From Calditrichaceae bacterium (GTDB lineage Bacteria > Calditrichota > Calditrichia > Calditrichales > JBFXGD01), in the NCBI GenBank assembly GCA_050173015.1, contig JBFXLE010000006.1, positions 1-64,000 on the forward strand: DNA of 64,000 nucleotides. The letters run 5' to 3'. Below, one piece after another: positions 28,792-38,901 of the stretch. Position numbers and translations under genes: made by a program. Numbering within the stretch: the stretch's first letter is position 1; each line of letters starts with the position of its first letter. The notes beneath the pieces were generated by a model. It was given only the letters and a program-made list of their open reading frames with translations. It did no database searches and was not told where the DNA came from.

Positions 28792-31295
28792 TGTCGTTAG
28801 TCTGCAGTAAATGTAAAGCCGAGAACCGAGCCAGCGCTAAATATTGCAAAGCTTGCGGTAGAGCGATTAAAAAGCAAATTGATTCCTGCTTAGAGGATGT
28901 CATTGGTCGGGATGATATAAAAGCGACTTTGGACCGGGTTGTTAAGTCAATCACCCAATTCAAAAAGGGCTGGAACGGCGAAGTCGAATTTAATAAAAAT
29001 ATGATTATTACCGGAAACCCGGGCACCGGAAAAACGAGTTTGGTTCATTCGATCGCCAATATGTTTTTTAATGAAAACATAACCGCTAAAGGGAAGCCTG
29101 TTATTGTTGACGCTTCAGAGTTCGAACAATTTATTTCTGATATCGAAACTGAATATGCAAAAGCAAAGGACGGAATTCTGTTTATTGATAATTTTCATAA
29201 ATTGGTTGACGGTACCAATAATTTGGGTCCTGTTAATGTTGATAAACTGGTCTACAAAATGGGACAGGATGGCGCCAATCCAATCGTTATTGTTGCCGGA
29301 AATCAATCAGAAATCGATAACTATTTTATGAATAACGCGTCGGCAAAAAACCGGTTTGAACACATTTTTAAACTATATGATTTTACTTCCGCCGAACTGT
29401 ATAATATTTGTAAACAGCGCATTGAAAAAGTGGGATTGCGGTTAAACGAGAAATCGGCGAATAAACTTTCATGGTTATTTAAATATAAAGTTAAGACAAA
29501 AGACGCCACGTTTGGAAACGCTCACTATGCCTTAAACGTTGCCGAAGATATTACTTTAGCCTACTATCATCGAATTTCATTCGGAGCCAAAGATGATAAG
29601 ATCATTGTTGACGCGGATATAACAGAAAATGTGCCAAAACAGAAAACATTAAACGAAATATTTTCTGAACTCGACTCATATATTGGATTGGAAAAAGTTA
29701 AAGCCGCGATTCGTGACATTGCTCAACAAATAAAAAATCAACGGAAATTAGAGGCCAAAGGTAATAAAGAAAACCTGCATTTTGGATTTCACATGGTGCT
29801 CACCGGTAATCCCGGCACCGGTAAAACGATGATTGTTCGGAAACTGGGAGAAGTTCTCTCGGCGATCAATTATCTTGACCGCGGCCATGTGGTTGAGGTG
29901 GATAAAAGTAAGCTGGTTGGCCAGTTTATCGGATCGACTCCTCAGATCGTCCAAAAAAAATGCGATGAGGCCATGGGTGGAATACTTTTTATCGATGAAG
30001 CCTATGCGTTGGCTCCTAAAGCGGGAAACTCGAATCAGTTTGGACAGGAAGCAATTGATACCCTGCTTAAACGAATGGAAGATGATAGGGACAAATTTGT
30101 TGTTGTCGCCGCCGGATACAGAAATGAGATGCAGCATTTTATCAACGCCAATCCCGGACTGAGAAGCAGATTTGACAGATTCATTCATCTTGAAGATTAC
30201 AAACCCGATGAGCTTGTTGAGATATTTAAATTCCTGTTAAACAATACTAATTACACGATGTCACCGGAGGCAAACGCGAAGCTCCCGGAAGTCATCAACG
30301 CACTTTATGAAAAAAGAGAAAAAATTTTCGGTAACGGCAGAGAAGTACGAAAATTGTTGGAAGAAACAATCATAAACTTATCTGGAAGAGTTTCCTGTCT
30401 TAGCCATCAGGAGCAGACATACGAAGCAATCACCCAAATACAGCCGATTGACTTTCCGATACAGATAGATAAGAATGATAATCTTGATGATATATTTAAA
30501 GAGTTGAATTCCCTGGTCGGGCTGCAAAACATTAAGAGTGAGTTTGAAAAATTAGTCGCTTATATCCGGGTAGAGAAGAAGCGAAAGGAGCTGGGCGGTG
30601 AATACCGCGGCTTAAGCAGCCACTTTGTATTTATGGGAAATCCCGGTACCGGAAAAACAACGGTAGCGAGGTTGCTCGGCAAAATATTCAAGTCGCTCGG
30701 ACTTCTGTCAAAAGGGCATCTCGTTGAGGTTGACAGGTCAGGACTTGTGGCGCAGTATGTCGGTCAAACATCCGCCAAAACCAATGAAGTGATTGATTCA
30801 GCGATGGGTGGCGTGCTTTTTATTGATGAAGCATATTCCTTAATCGTCAATGAATCAAAAAACGATTTTGGTCAACAGGCGATCCAGACTTTACTAAAAA
30901 GAATGGAAGATGATGCTGATCGGTTTGTGGTTATCGCGGCAGGTTATCCCGATGAAATGGATCAACTGATAAACTCGAATCCAGGACTGAATTCGCGATT
31001 TAAAAAGAAAATACAATTCCCTGATTATAATCCGGATGAACTTTTTAAGATTTTTAAACTAATGATGGATAAAAAAGAATTGCGCCTGACGGATGAAGCG
31101 GTTGAAAAAGCAAAGAATTTATTTGTTCAATTATATGAATCACGGGGGGAAAATTTTGGAAACGGGCGAACGGTCAGAAATATTTTTGAAGCAACCTTAG
31201 AAAATCAAAGTTTTAGGGTCGCGCGCTTATTAAACTCACCCGATTTGGAAAAAGATACACTATATAGGATTGAAGCGGAGGATATTCGGTTTTGA
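28788..31295 (+). CDS. Zn-ribbon plus three CbbX/SpoVK-type AAA+ modules (first degenerate)
   Basis: CSKC...CKACG; three GNPGTGKT; Walker B LFIDNFH, LFIDEAY, LFIDEAY; FGNA/FGNGR. Start overlaps the kinase stop (GTGA). Confidence 0.92.
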   Translation: MMSLVCSKCKAENRASAKYCKACGRAIKKQIDSCLEDVIGRDDIKATLDRVVKSITQFKKGWNGEVEFNKNMIITGNPGTGKTSLVHSIANMFFNENITAKGKPVIVDASEFEQFISDIETEYAKAKDGILFIDNFHKLVDGTNNLGPVNVDKLVYKMGQDGANPIVIVAGNQSEIDNYFMNNASAKNRFEHIFKLYDFTSAELYNICKQRIEKVGLRLNEKSANKLSWLFKYKVKTKDATFGNAHYALNVAEDITLAYYHRISFGAKDDKIIVDADITENVPKQKTLNEIFSELDSYIGLEKVKAAIRDIAQQIKNQRKLEAKGNKENLHFGFHMVLTGNPGTGKTMIVRKLGEVLSAINYLDRGHVVEVDKSKLVGQFIGSTPQIVQKKCDEAMGGILFIDEAYALAPKAGNSNQFGQEAIDTLLKRMEDDRDKFVVVAAGYRNEMQHFINANPGLRSRFDRFIHLEDYKPDELVEIFKFLLNNTNYTMSPEANAKLPEVINALYEKREKIFGNGREVRKLLEETIINLSGRVSCLSHQEQTYEAITQIQPIDFPIQIDKNDNLDDIFKELNSLVGLQNIKSEFEKLVAYIRVEKKRKELGGEYRGLSSHFVFMGNPGTGKTTVARLLGKIFKSLGLLSKGHLVEVDRSGLVAQYVGQTSAKTNEVIDSAMGGVLFIDEAYSLIVNESKNDFGQQAIQTLLKRMEDDADRFVVIAAGYPDEMDQLINSNPGLNSRFKKKIQFPDYNPDELFKIFKLMMDKKELRLTDEAVEKAKNLFVQLYESRGENFGNGRTVRNIFEATLENQSFRVARLLNSPDLEKDTLYRIEAEDIRF

Positions 31296-31825
31296 TTTGT
31301 CCATATTGTTTAAAGGATATTGACGATGATGCCGCATACTGCGATCAATGCGGCGGAGAGTTGTTTGTCTGTCCGGTATGCGGAAAAACAGGCAGGCAAA
31401 TCGTTTGTGAAGATGATCATGTAAAATATGTTTCGGTAAGCGGTAACAAGAAGTTCGCGACAGAAAACTTCTTTAGAACAGAAAGACTAGAGAAAGTACC
31501 GTCACCGAATTTAAGCAACGATATTCCCGGACTCATTTTGACCAACAAAAAGATCGGAATTGAGCTCAAATTAGTAAACAATGATATCATAGGAAGGAGA
31601 AGTGATAAATTTTCCGGTATCTTAGGGAATTATAAACAGATATCAGGCAGCCATGCCAGAGTGAATTTTAGTTCAGATAGCGGATGGAGTATCACCGATT
31701 TAAATTCATCGAACGGCACAACATATCAAGATAAAAAGTTGATCCCGTTTCAATCGGTAAAGTTACAAAACGAAACATTTATCATTCTCGCGAATATTGA
31801 GTTTTATATTCTAATTAAAAATTAA
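31292..31825 (+). CDS. Double Zn-ribbon plus FHA-domain protein
   Basis: CPYC..CDQCG..CPVCG; FHA residues GR, SGSHA, DLNSSNGT. Start overlaps the upstream stop (TTGA). Confidence 0.9.
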   Translation: MICPYCLKDIDDDAAYCDQCGGELFVCPVCGKTGRQIVCEDDHVKYVSVSGNKKFATENFFRTERLEKVPSPNLSNDIPGLILTNKKIGIELKLVNNDIIGRRSDKFSGILGNYKQISGSHARVNFSSDSGWSITDLNSSNGTTYQDKKLIPFQSVKLQNETFIILANIEFYILIKN

Positions 31826-31971
31826 ATTTCGGTCTGCCCAAAAGGTATGGTTCTTTCCGGTTTTTGTATGACGTGACTGTAAGCGCGACAAAGGATGATA
31901 ATCCTGTGATTGTTACTTTTAAATCACAAAGATCGCAAACCGAAGGACCGGCGTGGGAGTGAACGGGTTAT

Positions 31972-32199
31972 CTATTTTGATGAAGGCTCTTTTGACGACT
32001 GTTCTTCCTGTTTCTTCCCGGCCTTTGTCTCGACTATCTGAATAACGGCTTTTTTCCTGTCATTGTCATAGAATGAATCGGTGGCGCCCAACATGGTGGT
32101 GGTGAGACTGCCTCCCCCTCTTCTTAATCTCCGGGAAATAATGATAAAAATGGATATCACGGCAATCAGGGAAAACAGAATCAGTAATAATTCTATCAT
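31972..32199 (-). CDS. Small single-TM protein
   Basis: Hydrophobic N-terminal helix followed by RRLRR. Confidence 0.6.
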   Translation of the reverse strand: MIELLLILFSLIAVISIFIIISRRLRRGGGSLTTTMLGATDSFYDNDRKKAVIQIVETKAGKKQEEQSSKEPSSK

Positions 32200-32322
32200 A
32201 TTCTTCTCGCCGAATCTATCATACAGAATCATATATATTTAAAGATCATTTCGCGCTGATCAACTTCAGAATGAGCAATCAATGTCCTGATCTATCCGTA
32301 CGACCCAGCTTGCTCAAACTTT

Positions 32323-34146
32323 TTAATACGTCTCCACCGGCGCCATTGACAGATTTTTTATTTCCAGGATGAGAAGCTGGATGGTTTTCATATTCGCGTC
32401 CAATTCATTCAAAATATGTGTTTTTGTCTCTTCAAAAACATCTTTTACGTCACTAAAAAGGGTGTGATAATAGTCAGCGCCCTCCTGAAGATTATTCGCG
32501 AATGTTAACAGATACTTTTCCTGTTTTTCAGACATGGAAACCCTGGTTTCGTCAATTTTGTTTTTAAGATAATCAATATAGATTTTTAGTTCTTTTATAA
32601 ACATATTCGGACGATCTGTCCGCGTGATCACATTTGTTCTTCCGTAGATATGATCTGTGATTTCCTTCAGGCTCATAATTTTTGAGAAGTACGCCATGTT
32701 CGGGCCGGGACACACCGAAACTCCCGGGCCTTCGATTTTGGTGTCTAAATTATGTACAAGCAGGGCAGATGTGCCCAGTCCCACGCAAATGCATGATTTA
32801 TCCGTGATGTCTTTGAATCTTTTTTGGTATTCCTCCGGAGATACTCCTTCGTCATCCAGTTCCTTTAATTTTAAAAATTGATACTGACGCGATGCCGTAC
32901 AAATGGATTGTTCGGTGAACTCTTTATTGATCGCGGCATGTTTATTGGGACAAGAACTGCCGGGTTTTCCTTTAGCGATCAGAGAAAATTTTTCAAGATC
33001 CTTAGTGTTGCCTTTAAGGCTATTAAACGGAACGCCTAAGGGGGAAATATTACTTAAGTAGAGATCATTTTCTTTGGCGTCGCTTAATTTGTCCAAAGTG
33101 GAATCGTCAACGGTTGTCGCTTCCGGCACCAGAAGAAACGGAGTGCCCCAGCCCACTGAATCGACCTGATAATGATCAAGCAGAAAATGATGTTCTTCGG
33201 CAGTTCCGACACCACCCTGGGCGGTTATTTTCATTGGTAATTCTTTTTCGGGAACCTGGCGATTTTTACCGGAGAGCGCCCGCGCCATGATGTCATGAAT
33301 GGTTTTTTTCAGTTCTTGTTTTTTGTCCCGGAATTCCGCTAAGATGGGACCCAAAAGATATCCGTCGGTGGCAAACGCGTGCCCGCCGCAGTTCAGTCCC
33401 GATTCAATTCTGAATTCTGATACCCACAGGCCTTTTTTGGCCAGAAATTTACCCTGAATAAAAGCGGATCTGTAGTCGCTTACTTTTAAAACAATTCTCT
33501 TTTTGATTGCCCCGTTTTGATCAGGATAGAAATCTTCAAACTGTTCCAAATAGCCGTAAAGCCCCGGATTCATTCCGGCGGAAAAGATTACGGAAGAATT
33601 TAAATCACTATTGGCATACCCCCTAAGCGCGGCATGGGCGTCATTGTATTCCGCGGGAAGTTTTTTATCTTTGATGTAATTTTCCTTATCGAGTTTGGTC
33701 ATAATATTTACATCGATACTGCCTTTTGACAAGTGTTCATTTATCCAATTTCTAAATTCATTCAAATTCAAATATTTTGCGGTTAAACTCCTGAATTCCT
33801 GTTTTATTTCGGAACTGTCCGGCAGCATGTTGAAGTATTCTTTTATCTCATGGCTTTTGTCGGCCGCGGCATTCTTTAGTTCTTCGAATTTTTCTTCAAC
33901 CAATGAATTTATCAGATTAAGATAGGAGGTAATTCTTTTTGCCCTGAAGTCATCTGTTTTGTTGGTGATCTCATCATAAGGGAGTTGATGCTTGCCGCAG
34001 TACATTTTTCTTAACTTTTCAAGAAGAATGTCATCGACCAGAGAAATGACAGAATCCATTCCGTATGGGGAGACCTTTAACGGTGTATCGATGGTGAATC
34101 CGATTCCCATAACGGGTATATGAAATGAATGTGTTTTTGTCTTCAT
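32323..34146 (-). CDS. Conserved hypothetical protein, possible FMN-dependent TIM-barrel oxidoreductase with Cys motifs
   Basis: ESGLNCGGH, AQGGVG and GWGTPFL resemble the EAGGH / AAGGI / MGTRF motifs of nitronate monooxygenase/FabK; extra Cys in SCP, ICTASR, CICVGL, VCPGP. Confidence 0.55.
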   Translation of the reverse strand: MKTKTHSFHIPVMGIGFTIDTPLKVSPYGMDSVISLVDDILLEKLRKMYCGKHQLPYDEITNKTDDFRAKRITSYLNLINSLVEEKFEELKNAAADKSHEIKEYFNMLPDSSEIKQEFRSLTAKYLNLNEFRNWINEHLSKGSIDVNIMTKLDKENYIKDKKLPAEYNDAHAALRGYANSDLNSSVIFSAGMNPGLYGYLEQFEDFYPDQNGAIKKRIVLKVSDYRSAFIQGKFLAKKGLWVSEFRIESGLNCGGHAFATDGYLLGPILAEFRDKKQELKKTIHDIMARALSGKNRQVPEKELPMKITAQGGVGTAEEHHFLLDHYQVDSVGWGTPFLLVPEATTVDDSTLDKLSDAKENDLYLSNISPLGVPFNSLKGNTKDLEKFSLIAKGKPGSSCPNKHAAINKEFTEQSICTASRQYQFLKLKELDDEGVSPEEYQKRFKDITDKSCICVGLGTSALLVHNLDTKIEGPGVSVCPGPNMAYFSKIMSLKEITDHIYGRTNVITRTDRPNMFIKELKIYIDYLKNKIDETRVSMSEKQEKYLLTFANNLQEGADYYHTLFSDVKDVFEETKTHILNELDANMKTIQLLILEIKNLSMAPVETY

Positions 34147-34227
34147 ATATTAAAACCTCTAATTTAATCTGAATCCATGCGGCATCGCACAAGCTGTTCT
34201 TTATTAAATCTTGTTGGATATCCGCGT

Positions 34228-34713
34228 TTATAAATCCTTTGTCATTGCTCCTAAATTTATTTTTTCAGCTTTTGTAAAGGTAATATCTCGTACAAATTTC
34301 ATGTCGCCCCATAAATACTTATGGCCCCTCATCCCTTTGGTTGGCTTCATTCTTCTCATTAGCCGGTTTAATTCGATCTCTGTCGCTTCTCTTTTTTCTC
34401 CAAGCTTCCCGTATAGTTTAATCGCCGGATGACAATTGAAGTTTCCATTAAATAAAGATTTTATCCAAAACCAACTGTTGCTGTTCACCGCCAGGACACA
34501 AATGTTTTTATTTGTTTTTGCGTGATCAGGCAGTTTTGAAGGATATTTCTCAAAATAAAATCCTGTTTGATTATTATTTAAAAACAAGGAACCGATTGGC
34601 GTTACCGTCGGATTGTTCTCAGAATCGACCGACGCGATGGAAACATGAAAGTTTGAACTAAAACTTTTATTAAAATGAGATTTTATTGTTTTCCATTCGA
34701 TTTTTATATTCAT
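34228..34713 (-). CDS. Pyridoxamine 5'-phosphate oxidase-like FMN-binding protein
   Basis: SIASVD..N.P.VTPIGSL, N.NICVLAV, IKLYG split-barrel pattern. Confidence 0.75.
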   Translation of the reverse strand: MNIKIEWKTIKSHFNKSFSSNFHVSIASVDSENNPTVTPIGSLFLNNNQTGFYFEKYPSKLPDHAKTNKNICVLAVNSNSWFWIKSLFNGNFNCHPAIKLYGKLGEKREATEIELNRLMRRMKPTKGMRGHKYLWGDMKFVRDITFTKAEKINLGAMTKDL

Positions 34714-35022
34714 ATTTCGCTTGATGCCTGAAAGCTAAACGGGTACATCCCCTTAATGGATTTTCACCGGGCCACAAAATTTATATTCAATTTCTGTAAA
34801 CCTTTTACAATTTCAGTAACCCCATTCTAATAAATCATCAGCGGGAATACAAATTAAATTCTTCTGAAAAATTATGAAGACGTACCTAAAAGGGAAGCGA
34901 TTGGAAATATAAACTTATTTTTATCAAGGCTGAAGTATGATAAAAATCAATTAAATATATCTTCTTGAAAGATAAAGTTTTTAATCAGGATTGCACCATA
35001 ACAGCTTTAAGATAGAGTGAAT

Positions 35023-37410
35023 TTATCGATTATTTCCGATGATTTGATCTTTAGAGTGATTAATAAATCCCATTTTTTTGAGCAAGGCAATAAATCTTTT
35101 ATCGGTCCGAACAGAATCGTATAAAGGATCGATATTGATTAAAATTAATTCTTCAGTCCTTTGTTGGTAGGCTTTTTCAAGCCATGCGAAAGCCTGGTCC
35201 AGATCGCCAAGACTAATATATACCATTGCGATCAGGTCAGGGCGAACGTAATCTCCTCGCGCTTGTTGGGTTAACAACTTTTCTAGAATCATTCGGGCTT
35301 CCTTAGTCAATCCCGCCGCGGCATAGGCTTGTCCTAAATACGCAATATCATTTTTACGGTCGCTATATTTTACAGAGATTTTAAAAATTTCTATTGCTTT
35401 AGATGTCTCTCCAAGATACTGGTATGATGAAGCCTGCAGTTGATTTGCAGGGATGAAGTGTGGATGAATTTCAATAATTTTTCGGGTCTCCTCTATCGTT
35501 TGTCTATATTGGCGTCCGTAGTAATAGGGTAATATCGCTGTCATCTGAATGCTAATTGAGCGTGGATCGAGCAGCTTGGCTTGATTTAATTCATAGATAG
35601 CCTCTTTAAAGCGACTCAGAACAAGTAGATAAATACCATAGTGATGATGGGATGTTGCTGAACTTGGATTGAGCTCAATGGCTCGTTTGAATTCTTTTCC
35701 GGCGGTTAACCAGTCCCAATCATAAAATGCTCTAACCGATGCAATGGCGGAATGAGCTTCCGCAAGTGAATTGTTCAATTCAATGGCCTTAATTGCGGCT
35801 TCCATTGCTTTGGGCATCGCTTCTTCAGGAGGAAGATATATATTAGAGAGCTGGTGATATGAATTCGATAATCCAGCGTATGCTTCAGCGAAGTCGGGAT
35901 CAATTTCGATAGCATGACTGAAGTATTGAAGCGCTTTTCGATTACCACCTTCTGTAAAGTGCCTTAGCTCAGCACGCCCTTTTAGATACAATGTATAGGC
36001 TTCAAAATTATTTGTGGGCTGGTTTGTTAATTGTCGTTTTTCATCATCCAAAAGTTCTGTACTTAACGAATTGGCAACCTGAAAAGCAACATCGCTTTGT
36101 ACAGCAAAAATATCCCCAAGATTTCGGTCATAATTTTTAGACCATTGGTATTCCTGGGTATTAACGTCGATAAGTTGGAAGGTAATTCTCAGCCGATTAT
36201 CTGCTTTCCGAACACTCCCTTCGATGATATGAGTTACTTTTAATTCAGATCCAATTTCCGCAATACTTTTTTTTGAATTCTTATATTGCATAACGGAAGT
36301 TTGGGCAATTACTCTGATGGCTCTAATCTTTGATAAATTGTTAATGACTTCTTCGGTCATTCCCTCAACAAAATAATTATCATCTCTATCTTGGCTGATA
36401 TCAGTCAAAGGCAGCACGGCTATTCTAATTTTATTCGAAAAAAGCTGTTTAGAAGAATCATCATTTGAACTCTGCCAGAGAGAAATCATTAATACACCAA
36501 CAATTATACAAAAAATCACTATAGCTGTATTAAGAACTTTTCTTTTATTCAGAACAAATTGTCCTGAAGGACGGGGAATCTCTTTCCTGTCTTCTCTAAG
36601 ATGCTTCCGTAATGCTTCTAAATCCGCTAGAAAATCATCAATGTGCTGATACCTGATATTTAGGTCTTTAGCCAGGGCCTTAGATACAATTCGCTGTAAT
36701 TCATCTGAAATTCCCTCTCTATAACGTGCGAGAGGTTCTGGATTTTCATGTAAGATCGAGAACGTAACTGCTGCAGTATATGCACCATCGAATGGTGTCC
36801 GGCCTGTAATCATTTCATATAACACGACTCCTGTAGAATAAATATCTGACCGCGCATCTATATCGGCGCTTTGAAATTGTTCAGGGGACATGTATTGGAT
36901 GCTTCCAAAAGTTGAAGATTTTTTTGTCAGTTTCGTCGCCCCTTCAATCTTTGCTAATCCAAAATCAGCAATTTTTGCGAGTCCATCTGAGTCGAGTAAA
37001 ATATTCGATGGCTTTATATCCCTGTGGGTAATTCCAGCTGAATGTGCTTTTTTAAGCCCCGAGCAAATTTGACAACAAATATCAATTGTTTTTTCTAGAG
37101 AAAGTTTTTGTCGATCTAATAGTTGCCTTAGTGACGTTCCTGCAACGTATTCCATGGCAATAAAGTTTTTTTTGTCTATTTCACCAACATCAAAAACGGT
37201 TATGATGTTTGGGTGATTCAGACATGCCGCCGCCATCGCTTCGCGCTTAAATCGATTGGTGAGTTCAGTGTCTTCAATGAAATTAGTAGTCAAGAATTTA
37301 AGTGCAACCTTTCGGGAGAGTTTTGTGTCTTCTGCAAGATATACCACACCCATTTCGCCTTCGCCGAGCTTTTCGATGATTTTGTAATGGAGTAAATTTT
37401 GCCCAATCAT
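35023..37410 (-). CDS. Ser/Thr kinase - TM - TolB-like - TPR protein
   Basis: GEGEMGVVY, VALK, HRDIKPSN, DFG, YMSPE; IAVLPL.....D.YF.EGMTEE; EGSVRK; TPRs; C-terminal DP.YD..R.D.RF. Confidence 0.92.
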   Translation of the reverse strand: MIGQNLLHYKIIEKLGEGEMGVVYLAEDTKLSRKVALKFLTTNFIEDTELTNRFKREAMAAACLNHPNIITVFDVGEIDKKNFIAMEYVAGTSLRQLLDRQKLSLEKTIDICCQICSGLKKAHSAGITHRDIKPSNILLDSDGLAKIADFGLAKIEGATKLTKKSSTFGSIQYMSPEQFQSADIDARSDIYSTGVVLYEMITGRTPFDGAYTAAVTFSILHENPEPLARYREGISDELQRIVSKALAKDLNIRYQHIDDFLADLEALRKHLREDRKEIPRPSGQFVLNKRKVLNTAIVIFCIIVGVLMISLWQSSNDDSSKQLFSNKIRIAVLPLTDISQDRDDNYFVEGMTEEVINNLSKIRAIRVIAQTSVMQYKNSKKSIAEIGSELKVTHIIEGSVRKADNRLRITFQLIDVNTQEYQWSKNYDRNLGDIFAVQSDVAFQVANSLSTELLDDEKRQLTNQPTNNFEAYTLYLKGRAELRHFTEGGNRKALQYFSHAIEIDPDFAEAYAGLSNSYHQLSNIYLPPEEAMPKAMEAAIKAIELNNSLAEAHSAIASVRAFYDWDWLTAGKEFKRAIELNPSSATSHHHYGIYLLVLSRFKEAIYELNQAKLLDPRSISIQMTAILPYYYGRQYRQTIEETRKIIEIHPHFIPANQLQASSYQYLGETSKAIEIFKISVKYSDRKNDIAYLGQAYAAAGLTKEARMILEKLLTQQARGDYVRPDLIAMVYISLGDLDQAFAWLEKAYQQRTEELILINIDPLYDSVRTDKRFIALLKKMGFINHSKDQIIGNNR

Positions 37411-37851
37411 TTTTTACTACTTTCTTCTATCGCTGCCAAGAAAGATAGTTTGCTGAGGAGGGATCGATGTTGATCATAAGACGGTATAGATTATAGGTCA
37501 GGTTCTAAATTGATGTACCTAACCTTTTCTGTTTAACATTAAACAAATCTCATAATATAATTTATTCCTTTTTTTTTAATGGTTCTATTTTGATGCAGAC
37601 CATTATTAATTTCGATGTCCGGAATTTAGAATAAAACCTTTTCTCTTTTAACCGGCGATAAACATGAAATATCGATGAACGAAGTTTTTGCTATTTAAAC
37701 TATATCATTATTTTTAATGAATTGAAGTTAAATTTTCTATCATTAAATCCGTTAACCGGCTATACGAGTGATCATGAAATACTTGTTTTTTGTGGTGGAT
37801 TTTATAAATTGACACGCTGGTCATTTATAACAAATTTAGGATAATGAGCCA

Positions 37852-38892
37852 ATGACACAGGATCTGAATCTACTCGAAAAAGAGTTAATGGCGCAAAATA
37901 TAGAGGTTCGCAGAAATGAACCGATCGCGCCGTACACAACCATGAAAGTCGGGGGCAACGCCCTGTTATTTGTGGAAGCGGCAGACAGCAGGATGCTGGA
38001 AACATCCATTATGCGCGCTCATGCTCTTGGGGTAAAGTATCTTGTTATCGGAAAAGGCAGCAATATCATCGTTTCGGATGACGGATTTGATGGTCTCGTT
38101 ATCTATAATAATACGTCATCCTGGAAGATCCTTGATGAAAACACCTCGGCGGATAGAAAAAAACATGTTCCGAGCAGATTTGACCCTCTCGATCCGTCTA
38201 TGAATTCGAACAGCGCTCTGAGCTATAATGAAGACAACGCGCCGGACAGAATCGTTCGCGCAGATTCCGGCCTTAAACTGTATCTTTTTATGAAAACGCT
38301 GTTTGAAGAAGGCATCACCGGTCTGCAATGGTTTGCCGGAATACCCGGAACGGTTGGCGGGGCGATATATATGAACATGCACGGCGGAAATCATTATTTT
38401 GGTGATCTGGTGGAAAAAGCGGCTGTGACCGACGGCAAAGAAACAAAAATCGTTGATCACGACTATTTTCAGTTTGACTATGACCGGAGTATTTTGCATG
38501 AGACAAGGGAAGTGGTCTTATGGGCGGATCTCCGGCTGAAAGCCGGTGAAGTGGAAAAGGCACGGGAACTGGCGAAAAACTGGTCTAAGGAGAAGTCTAA
38601 TCAGCCCTGGCGTTCGGCGGGATGTATCTTTCGTAATCTGAGCGAAGAGGATCGGATTGACCTTGATTTACCGACTTCCTCAATGGGGTATGTGATTGAT
38701 CAGGTGTTACATCTGAAAGGCGAGCGAAAGGGTGACGCGGTGATTTCCGAAAGTCATGCCGCCTTTATAGAAAATCTCGGAGATGCCCGCGCTTCGGATA
38801 TCGCGGCGCTGATCGGCCTCGTCAGGGAGAAAGCCCGGGAAAAATTGGGCATAGAATTAAAAACAGAAGTTGAATTAATCGGAAAATTTTAA
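37852..38892 (+). CDS. murB: UDP-N-acetylenolpyruvoylglucosamine reductase
   Basis: TTMKVGG.A, IGKGSN, GIPGTVGGA..MN, QP..SAGCIFRN, S..HA.FI.N, L..EV. Confidence 0.92.
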   Translation: MTQDLNLLEKELMAQNIEVRRNEPIAPYTTMKVGGNALLFVEAADSRMLETSIMRAHALGVKYLVIGKGSNIIVSDDGFDGLVIYNNTSSWKILDENTSADRKKHVPSRFDPLDPSMNSNSALSYNEDNAPDRIVRADSGLKLYLFMKTLFEEGITGLQWFAGIPGTVGGAIYMNMHGGNHYFGDLVEKAAVTDGKETKIVDHDYFQFDYDRSILHETREVVLWADLRLKAGEVEKARELAKNWSKEKSNQPWRSAGCIFRNLSEEDRIDLDLPTSSMGYVIDQVLHLKGERKGDAVISESHAAFIENLGDARASDIAALIGLVREKAREKLGIELKTEVELIGKF

Positions 38893-38901
38893 AGGTATAA
38901 C

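Noticed and set aside
16021-31825. Type VII or type VI secretion locus, sporulation (spoVK) or Rubisco activase (cbbX)
   Set aside because: No WXG100, FtsK/EccC, Hcp/VgrG, sporulation or rbcL genes in the window; only the AAA+ family is shared.
34750-34900. Possible gene fragment on the minus strand (DDLLEWGY*NCKRF...)
   Set aside because: Too short and matches no family I can recognise.
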